Below are positions 54,061 to 64,000 of a DNA stretch of 64,000 nt, piece by piece (positions within the stretch are counted from its first letter, which is position 1; each line of letters begins with the position of its first letter). Position numbers and translations under genes: made by a program. This DNA is from Octopus vulgaris. Taxonomy: Eukaryota. The stretch lies in the NCBI GenBank assembly GCA_951406725.2, contig OX597818.1:18786001-18850000 (forward strand). The letters run 5' to 3'. The notes under the pieces are model-generated. The model saw only the letters and a program-made list of their open reading frames with translations, had not been told where the DNA came from and did no database searches.

Positions 54061-55330
54061 ATTGGCTGTATTATGTCAGGAGACGTGATAAAAATTACCT
54101 AATATGTTAATTTTAACCAAATGCAAATTCAGAGATGTTGTAACATGGAATTCGAGGAACAATCTGTTGCACATGCATAGTAACTGGTAATATTCTTTTA
54201 AAAACAATCTGCTGAAAATCTTGCTTATGCCCGCATACATATGTGTAGACACGTTGTCAAAAATAATAGACAAAAGTCCAACAATACAACAGAGCTGACC
54301 ACGCACGGAACAAATAATTTCTCGACAAAACATAAAATAACTGATACACAATAATAAAGAAATCCCAAATGTGAATGATGAGAACATATGATTACACGCA
54401 AATATTGAAATATATCTAGCTTCAACAAATATCTACACTCGGCCTAACATATATAAAAGAGAACAAACAGAATAATATCACATCATATCATAACGAAATA
54501 TGCGGAGTCAGTAATAATAATATTAAAAATCTAACAGAAACTATAAGGAAAACAGAATTGATCGAAACAAAATCAATCAACATAGATCAATAGGATTCAA
54601 ATTCCCAAGCTATAGATAAAGAAACATCTCTGGGAAATAACAACCAACTACCATCATACTCAAGAAGATTTATTTTCACAGAAAAAAAAGAACAAACTAA
54701 AAAACAAATATTAATACACTAGATAACCAAATTTAATCAGTAGGTATAGAAGACTCGAGAAGAAATAGGTTTTAATTATTTAATTTCACTTTAATACCAT
54801 ATGAATAAGTTAATACTCGATCCAAGCGAAAAGAAAATATAGATTATAATAAATAACATCGTACAAAGCAATAAAGTCATGTTTAACATGTTCAAATACA
54901 CTATGATAAGACCTATCGCTGCAAGAATAATCCCAGGAGAAAATTATCCACCTAGGCTTGTCTAAATAACTGAGCTGTGAGCGACTGAGTTCATTTTCAT
55001 AACATACGAAGCGGAATGACCAAAAATGCATTCATCCGACAATCTGATGACCTCACTCACAGTCAAAGACAACACTTTGCATTAGGTCTTATCAGGGCCA
55101 GTTGCTTTGTTAAAAATGGCTTTACGCGAATATAGGGTTATAAAATTGACCCCACTCAAAAAAAAGAAAAAAAAAAGAACAAATAAGGATATACTTTTAC
55201 TCAGAGTAACTTGTAGAATACTGTATATATAAGCATAATGTAAAGTAGTCACTCTCTACGATGTGGGAGCGTTGTGCAAAAATAAATCTTACTGCCTCGT
55301 GGGATTCTGTGGCGCGAACGGTATTTCCGT

Positions 55331-55570
55331 CGGCGAGCTGGCAGAATCGTTAGCACGCCGGGCGAAATGCGTAACTGTATTTCGTCTGCCGAAACGTTCT
55401 GAGTTCAAATTCCGCCGAGGTCGACTTTACCATTCATCCTTTCGGGGTCGATAAATTAAGTACCAGTTACGCACTGAGGTCAATGTAATCGACTTAATCC
55501 CTTTGTATGTCCTTGTTTGTCCTCTCTATGTTTAGCCCCTTGTGGGTAGTAAAGAAATAGGTATTTCTGT
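55331..55570 (+). mobile_element. SINE family B copy with Tx1-like tail
   Basis: ggcgagctggcagaatcgttagcacgccgggcgaaatg...tttagccccttgtgggtagtaaagaaatagg. Confidence 0.88.
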
Positions 55571-56055
55571 CGACTTCTATCCTCTATATGACATAGAAAA
55601 TGAATAGAAAATGGATTTCGCGATACGCAGTTCACCGTTACTAGAAGATTTTCTGCAATGTAAAGGCTTTGAGTAGATGAAGTTCCTTCGCTATTGCAGC
55701 AATTTGAGCTGAACATTAAAGGTTGCAACGTCATCGATCTCAGACGATTGCGAAGCCCATATGCACTGCCCCTTCTCCTCCAGACGCAGCAAGTAAAATA
55801 AAAATAAAATGGGAAAATATATGACTAAAATCGAAAAACAATATATACGAAGCTATAACAATAATATTTTAAGAATTACAAAAGTGATCAATATAAACAC
55901 CTGACTGGTTCCAAGCAGGATAAAACACTTTCAGTTACTAAAAGAAAATCGCTAGGGACCACCATAAGTAAAGTGTTTACTAGCTACACACACACACACC
56001 GCACACACACACACATACGTGTGTATGTATATGTATCTATCTATCTATCTATCTA

Positions 56056-56098
<43 letters not shown>

Positions 56099-56168
56099 GT
56101 ATATATATATCTATCTATCTGACTGTCTGTCTGTCTGACTGACTGTATGTCTTTCTATCTATCCATCC

Positions 56169-56230
<62 letters not shown>

Positions 56231-56629
56231 GTATCTATCTATCTATCTATCTAGCTATCTATCTATCCATCTTATTTTCTGACATCCATTACCCTTTAAC
56301 AGGTTGGCTTCTCAGCTGTAAGACAGTAAATATATTGCTAGAGTAGAAAATCGTTTGAGACAAGACAAACAGTATATTTGGACACAGCACGATAATCTAT
56401 GTTTAGACAAAAGTCTAAACATAGATTATCGAAACACTTTCTCTTTACCATACCACCACCAAAGTATTAAATTTCTGAGTGGGGAGGGAACAGTTGATGA
56501 TCACGACCCAGTATTTGAAAGGTACTTCTGTTATCGATCTTGGAGAGTGAAAGATGGGATTAGAGCCAGAAAAAGCACTCGAAAGCCATTTTCTCGGATT
56601 GTGTCAATCTACTGTCCCACAAAAGAAGG

Positions 56630-57043
56630 GTTTCAAAGTTTGGCACAAGGCTAGCGATATTCTATGTAGAAGAAGGCTAGTCGATTGTATGTAGAAGAAG
56701 GCTAGTCGATTGCATCGACTCAGAAATAAACTGCTTTATCCAAAAGGATAAAGGTCAAAGTTGACGTCCGCGGTATTTGAAATCCAAATCTGAAGAGACG
56801 GAGAAAATGCACCAAAGCATTTTGATGGACGCATTAACGATACTGCTAGCTTGCTGCCTTTTGCTAAAATTTGTTTATTGCATCAATTGTGGTGCTCATC
56901 TTGTACTTATTTCATCTATCCCCGAAATTATGAAAGGTAAAGTTAATCCCGCAATATACTAAAGGCACAATGCATGAAACTTAGAGGGAGGGGACTAGTC
57001 GATTAAATCGACCCCAGAGCACGACTGGTACTTAATTTATCGT
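56630..57043 (-). mobile_element. Degenerate SINE family B fragments
   Basis: tttcaaagtttggcacaaggctagc; tagtcgattaaatcgaccccagagcacgactggtacttaatttatcg. Confidence 0.6.
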
Positions 57044-57067
57044 CGTGCACTGGTGCCGATGTAATAA

Positions 57068-57184
<117 letters not shown>

Positions 57185-57289
57185 TGATGATGATAATAAT
57201 AGTAATAATAATAATAAGAATAATAATAACAACAACAACAACAACAACAACAACAATAGCAACAACAATTTGATCAAGGCAGAAAGTAT

Positions 57290-59249
57290 TGATGTAGTGG
57301 AAATATGGGTGTTGATGTCAAGAAAAAGAAATATAGTGGGAGTGACAGAAGAAAAGATCCATGGTGGAAATGAAGACTACAGGTTGGGCTAGATACGCTC
57401 TCGAAGAACATTTTTGTGTTAGACCGAAAAGCGAAGGGGAATTTAAAAGTGAACAAAAATATTGAGCACTGAACGGTAAGATATTGAAAGAAATGGCCTG
57501 AAAGTGGTAATGGAGTAACTGAACCAGCGCTTCGTTGCAAAGAAAGTAAAGATGGTAAGAAACGACTAAAGAATGAAGGGATACCAGCAGAATAGCTTAT
57601 TCAGAGTAAGTAGACCAGAAGAGATTCTACAAAGAAATAAACGGAGAGTGTACAGATGAAAAGTTGATACCAGATAACATTGAAAGTCAAAGGTTTCGGA
57701 GTGACATCTGGAACAAAGACAAGGAGCACAAGAAGGATGCGGAGTGGTTGCAAGAACTGAAACAAACAGTAGTCTGTCAAAAACAAGCAGAACTAGTCAT
57801 TTAAGTTAGGGAAGTGAAGGAATTCAGCAAAAGAATGGGCAACTGGAAGGTCCTAGGACCAGATGGAGTTCAAGGCTACTGGATCAAAAGATTTGGTGAA
57901 TGTCATGCACGAATAGCTGCACAACTCAATACTCTGTTAAATGCAGACTAAGTAACACCAGTGTGGTTGACAATGGGTAGGACTGTGCTGTGTTTGAAGA
58001 ACATCGAAAAAAGCAATACGGTAGACAATCACAGGCCGATATCTTGCTTGACACTTGTGTTGAAATTATTGTCTAGAGTAGTCGCAGAGTCAATGTAGGG
58101 ACATCTGGAAAAAAATTGTGTCCTACAATATGAGCAGAAGGGTTGCAAGCGGAAATGTAGAGGTACCAAGAATCAACTCCTGGTAAACAAAACTGTACTT
58201 AGAGATTGCAAGAGGAGGAAAGATAACTTAGCCATGTCACGGATCGATAATCGTAAGGCGTAGGATATGATCTTACGTTCTTGGATTATGGAATGTATGA
58301 ACTTATTTGGTATTGCATCGAATGTTGAACGATTGCTTGGAAAAAGAATGGAGAAGTTGAGGACAGAACTGACAGAATATGGAAGAAGTTTGGGGACAAT
58401 AGAAATCAGGAGAGGCATCTTCCAAGGGAAATACTTGTCCCCAGTGATGTTTGTACTTTGCATGAAACCACTAACACCGATTCTGAGGAAAGTAAAAGCT
58501 GGGTATGTATTCAAAAGCCGCCAACAACAAGTCAACCACTTGTTATTCATAGATAACCACATCAGAAAGTGGTAAGTGCAGAATTTGTGGACAAAATGAT
58601 AAAACCGTATGGCATATTACCAGTCAATGTACGCCTCTAGCCCAGAAAGAATATAAGACACGTCATTACAACATAGCAAGGATTGTCCATTGGACACTGC
58701 AGCAAGTATGGACTTGACAGTGCAAAGGAGTGATACGAACATAAACACGAAGGCATCATCGAAAATGATAATTTAAAGATACTGTGGGATTTTATGATTC
58801 AGTGCGACCATGAGATAGAGAATCAGAAACCAGTCATAGTCTTAATTGAGAAAGAAAGCAAATTATGCTGGATCATAGATATAGCATTCCCAGCTTACAA
58901 CAAGGTATGCGATAAGGAAGGAAGAATGTCGATAGATATGACCGTTTAGCCTGGGAGGTTAAGCAGTTGTGGCCGACAAAATAGGTGGAAGTATTACCAA
59001 TAATTGTCGGAGCCCGGGAGCAGTGAGTAAAAATCTTGAGAAGTACGTGGAACAAATAGGGTCTGCAATAAGGATGGAGCTATTGCAGAAAACAGCACTA
59101 CTTGTAACCACTGGAATACTACGCATAGTTCTTGAAAAATAGGGGGTGTTATCTTAGTTCACTGGTAGTGAACAGCTGGTACCGTGGAACATCTCCAACG
59201 TTAGAATCTGTGCAAAGACAATAATGATGATGATGATGATGATGATGAA

Positions 59250-59284
<35 letters not shown>

Positions 59285-59310
59285 CGATGATGATGATGAT
59301 GATAATAATA
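57290..59310 (+). mobile_element. Decayed R4/Dong-like LINE (RT, zinc knuckle, RLE) with internal deletion and (GAT/AAT)n tail
   Basis: [102 protein letters not shown]. Confidence 0.9.
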
Positions 59311-59594
59311 ATGACACACCATGACCAAAGTTTTGACTTGTTTGTGCCATCTATACCGTGGGTTCTGGTCCAATGCTGAGTAACGACTGACTGGAACCGG
59401 ACCAGTATCTCTGAGCCTCTCGCCAATGGCTTCAGTTTCATTACTACCGTTATTCACAATATTTTGTTTCTTCATTGTCACTCATACGAGGTAGCGATTT
59501 TCAGGGCGCCCAATTACTAGTGTTTTTATTGTGACACCATCACTAATGTATCATCGATCAGGACATGGGGAGATTCCAACCGCTTCTTTCCTTA

Positions 59595-60665
59595 TTATTA
59601 TTTTTTTTTCTTCTTTCAAATTTGCTTCCATTTCTTGCCGAGTGTCTTCCCGACTCCTAGGGCAAAGAAACTCATAGTATACATTGGTAGGCCATTAAAC
59701 TAAACTCAATAGTTCGTTCATTTTTTTCTAAAGTTAAATTAAAATACATGGATAGTAACAGTTCTCACATCGACAATGCTCTTCTCAATACGTGTGATGT
59801 ACCAGTTAAGACAATCTTTTGCACTTCTTGCAGGGATGGTAAGCCAGGGATCATTCTCATATAATTTTCGGTTCCCTTCTTGATCATTCCTAGTGCTCCT
59901 ACGATCACTGGTATTGTAACCGCCTTGAGATGCCACATTTTCTCAATTTCAATGAGTAGGTCTTTATATTTTCTGAGCTTGTCAAACTCTTTCGCCGAGA
60001 TATTATGATCACAGGGTATGCTCATGTCGATCAATAAGCAAACTTTATTGTTTTGGTCTTTCAAAACAATATCTGGTTTATTGGCTTTGATGGTTCGGTC
60101 TGTATGTACTGGAAAGTCCCACAGAATCGTTACATTTTCTCCTTCAGTAACAGCTTCAGGGTGGTGATTATACCACTTGTTGGCAGTTTTGATATTGTAA
60201 TGCCGACTTATTAGCCAGTGTAGATATTGGCCAACTCTGTCATGTCTTAATTTATACTCCACTGGTGCTAAGACTTTACATCCAGAGATTAGGTGGTCCA
60301 CTGTTTCAATCATGTCGTTGCAGAATCGGCATTTTGGGTCTGCTCCATTTTTCATCACATTGGCCTGGTAGTTCCGGGTTAATAGGCTTTGATCTTGAGC
60401 AGCCAGGATGAAACTTTCGATCTCTGCTTTTAGCTCTGAGCTCTGTAGCCACTGATGGGTTTGCTTCTGGTCAACATCAGCTTGTTTGCTGCGGGCCACA
60501 TATTTGCCGTGCAGAGGTTTCTCCTCCCACCTATCAGCCAATTGCTCGTGCGCTTTTTTCGTTGCCATTATTTTCACCTTATTTGCAACAATAGTTGCCC
60601 TACTTCCCTCGGGTTGTTCAGTTTGGGTATCCTGCACGAGATCAATAGCAAATGTTTTGCTTTCC
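59595..60665 (-). mobile_element. 5'-truncated young R4/Dong-like LINE
   Basis: Uninterrupted 290-aa frame, 3' UTR and short (AAT)n tail. Confidence 0.9.
59765..60637 (-). CDS. C-terminal part of an RLE-type retrotransposon ORF (CCHC zinc knuckle plus PD-(D/E)xK endonuclease); not a host gene
   Basis: ILAAQDQSLLTRNY, CRFCNDMIETVDHLISGC, RHDRV, ILWDF, NKPDIVL, LIDMSIPCD, KLRKYKDL, PVIVGALG. Confidence 0.85.
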   Translation of the reverse strand: MQDTQTEQPEGSRATIVANKVKIMATKKAHEQLADRWEEKPLHGKYVARSKQADVDQKQTHQWLQSSELKAEIESFILAAQDQSLLTRNYQANVMKNGADPKCRFCNDMIETVDHLISGCKVLAPVEYKLRHDRVGQYLHWLISRHYNIKTANKWYNHHPEAVTEGENVTILWDFPVHTDRTIKANKPDIVLKDQNNKVCLLIDMSIPCDHNISAKEFDKLRKYKDLLIEIEKMWHLKAVTIPVIVGALGMIKKGTENYMRMIPGLPSLQEVQKIVLTGTSHVLRRALSM

Positions 60666-60689
60666 TTTATGTATTATTATTATTATTAC

Positions 60690-60774
<85 letters not shown>

Positions 60775-61328
60775 GAGTGAGAGAGCAGTTCATGCCATCA
60801 GAGTGACACTGGGGTAAAATATACGAAGCTCAATATACCCATCATGACTACCCGTCTGATAAGGGTACACCAGGCACATGCATCACAACCATATGTGCGT
60901 GACATGGTGATCTCATATCAAGATAAACAGCACATGACCTTGCAGGTGGGGCCCAGTTAGAATTTTCTTCAGGTTGAGTAGCCCATCCCGCTCAAAGGGT
61001 CCCTGAATAAGGGTTGTTTAAAGATGTTGAAAGAACCACCAATGTTTCCAGAGGTGAATTATTCAAACCTCAAAGAATCCCTCTCAACACATGGCTATGA
61101 TGCTCCCCCACTACTTCTGCTCGTGATCAGAGATGCACATATCGTCAGCCACTAAGGGACATACTCAACTGGTTAAAGTCAAACAACTGACAAGCAAATC
61201 TGTGGTATTGAGCAGAATATTTGCTCTAGCCCATCTTTTATACCAAGACAAAACAATGTACATGATAACACTTCCAATCAGTTAAGATCAGAAGCCATGA
61301 GAGCCACTGCCTGGTACCGCATCAGGGC

Positions 61329-61331
<3 letters not shown>
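60775..61331. mobile_element. Complex non-coding insert of about 555 bp with (TTA)n on both sides
   Basis: Sharp boundaries with pure TTA runs; no ORF; single copy in the window. Confidence 0.5.
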
Positions 61332-61404
<73 letters not shown>

Positions 61405-61603
61405 ATTATTATTATTATTGTTATTATCATCATCATCATCACTGAGTTTATTATTTTCATTTTATTTTACTATTTGTCATTGTTAATATCTCCTCTGATC
61501 TGATATGAGTTTTGGCTAATTTTTCATTAACATTTTCGTGTTAGTACTAGGCTCCAGGTCTTATCTATGCTAGAAAATGATTATGAAAATAATAATAATA
61601 ATG

Positions 61604-61664
<61 letters not shown>

Positions 61665-61687
61665 TGATGATGATGATGATGATGATG

Positions 61688-61773
<86 letters not shown>

Positions 61774-61794
61774 CATAATAATAATAATAATAAT

Positions 61795-64000
61795 TCACCA
61801 ACAGATAACATGCCCAGTGGGAAGAGAGAAATGAATGACAGCAGAGAAGACGTAGAAGAAAGTATAAATCTAAATGCATTCTCTGCAAATGAAGCAGAAG
61901 TAATAGGAAGAGCTACATCACAAGTATACAATGATGACTAACAAGTCATAGCGAGGATGCTGTGCCGATATATTAGCGAAAACCAGGATCAAATATCTCC
62001 CTATCTGAGGTATATTGATCAACACAAGGTCAAAGCTTAAACCGAAAGATAGATTCGGTCCTTGGGCTATTCCAGACGAGAAATATAACTGAAACTAACA
62101 AGATTATTTGGGCTGCAGCTATGGTTGCTGCAGACAGAGGTTGATACAAAAGAAGAGAACAAAGTGGACGTAAAGAATCATACTGGCGTAGATGAATTTG
62201 TGAGAAACAAAGTTAAAAAGACATTTAGGACAAGTTGATAGATGGAAAAGAGGGGAATTACAGAACGAACGCAAAAGAATAATGCTGGAATGAAAATATA
62301 GAATAAGATATAAAGGGTATGATGTAATACTGGAAGAATTGAAAGAAAGAGCAGTAGCAATCAAAGCAAAACTGGAAAGACTTTACAATAGAGCAAAACA
62401 ACTCGAGTAAAACAGATTGTTTAAAGCAAATCAGAAGAAACTATTACAGGAAGTAGCTGGGCAATTACGCGTAACAATGATACTAGATGCAGAGGAAAGC
62501 AGGGCATTCTGGAGAGGGATCTGGAACCAACCTGTAGAGCATGATGATGAAGCGGATTGACTGCATAAAATCCAAGGTAGGTTAAGAAATATAGAAAGCC
62601 AAGACGACATAAAAATAACTACAGAAATGATAAAAAAAGAAAATTCTCAAATTGGAAGAACCCAAGCCCGGATGGGATCCAAGGTCATTGGATAAAGAAG
62701 CTGAGAGGGTTTCATGAAAGGATAGTGCAACAGCTAGATGAGTGCTTACAGGAAGGCGCAGTACCCAGCTGAATGACAAAGGGAAAGGCATTGTCGTGTG
62801 TCAAGGATCCTGAAAACTTTAGACCAACTTTAGACCAATAACGTGCCTTCCGCTAATGTGGAAACTAATGTCAAGTGCTTTGGCCGGTGAACTGTAAAGA
62901 TACTTGAAAAAAAGTGGGCTGCTACCGATTGAACAGAAAGGGTGCCGAACTGCAAAGAAGACACACAAACCTGAGCATGGCATGGGCTGATTATCGTAAA
63001 GTATACGGTATGATACCATACTCCTGGATAATAACAATGGAAATGTGTGGAGTAGCAGAAAATATGAGAGAGCTATATGGAATAGCATGAAATGCTGGAT
63101 AACGGGAATTAACTGGAGGGAATCAAATAGTAGGTGAGGTGAAAATTAAGAGAGGAATGTTCCAGGGTGATTGATCTTCGTGCTGGGAATGGCCCCCTTG
63201 AGTGAAATACTACCTAAAAAAAATTGGGGTATGATCAGGGAAGAGGTAATGGAAAATTCAATCACTTGCTATTCGCAAAAACTGAGACAGAACTGGACAG
63301 CCTAGTCCAGTCTGTGCAGTTTTCTCCAATGATATTAAGATGGAATTTGGACTCTCAAAATGTACTTGTGATGAGGTGAGGAAAGCTTGTCTGGACCGAA
63401 GGCATACGGTTGCCAAGTGGTGAAATGATGATGGCAATTCAACCTCAATCCAGCTATAAATACGTTGGAATACTTGAGGTAGATGGAATCAAACGTAACG
63501 ACAAGAAGGAAAAGACAAAAAGAGAGCACCTGCGGCGAGTTAGAAAAATATTGACTTAAAAGCTGAATGCCAAAAACATAATTTCGGCAATAAATACGCG
63601 CGCAGTCACAATAGTTCGGTATGGCGCTGGAATCCTGAAGTAGAGAGAAGAGGAGCTAAAGGAGATGGACAGGAAGTCAAGAAAGCGTGCAGACACTGAT
63701 CGTCTATACATGAAGAGAGCAAATGGACTAAGAGGACTGATAATTGTGAAAGTCTGTATGCGTATCGAACTCGAGAGTGTAATGAAACACATAGCCCAAG
63801 GTATGGAAGCCTTATTAGTGACAGTTAGCAACGAGGGGGTATTGAAAACAGCGAAAAAAGGGAAAACAAAGGAAGAAGTACAAGAAGGACATGATGAAGA
63901 ATTACGCTAGAAGGGACTACACAATCAATTCCACGCAACCACAACAGAAGTTGCTGAAAAAAATAGGTGGGATTAGCTGATGAAAAGAACACTAAAAAAG
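61795..64000 (+). mobile_element. Decayed R4/Dong-like LINE running off the window end
   Basis: FRPITCLPLMWKLMS, LLPIEQKGCR, LSMAWADYRK, VKIKRGMFQGD, MEFGLSKC, YKYVGILE, NIISAINTRAV..VRYGAG, DRLYMKRANGLRGL; starts right after (AAT)n. Confidence 0.88.

Noticed and set aside
54270-55130. A-rich stretch resembling a decayed LINE ORF1
   Set aside because: No diagnostic motif readable

Overview
AT-rich, microsatellite-saturated animal DNA. The SINE families and repeat style suggest a coleoid cephalopod such as Octopus (inference from remembered repeats, not checked against a database). No intact host gene is supported, and nearly all ORF-track entries are microsatellite or low-complexity artefacts. 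The window consists mostly of mobile-element relics: an L1/Tx1 RT remnant, Penelope-like elements (GIY-YIG and RT remnants), two copies of one Tc1 family (DD36E spacing), two mariner relics, a non-autonomous Helitron, hAT-like MITEs, a CRE-like RLE fragment, five R4/Dong-like LINE pieces (most beside AAT-type runs), about four SINE-like families and two tRNA pseudogenes. The most notable signal is about 14 type-I hammerhead ribozyme motifs on both strands, read by eye. Several are intact, most have a palindromic stem III, and core variants include C3-G8, compensatory U3-A8, G3 and U6. They sit in short (TA)n-flanked Penelope-type repeats that repeatedly form foldback inverted repeats, one of which begins within about 7 nt of the predicted self-cleavage site. 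Coordinates were counted by hand and degenerate element ends are approximate.
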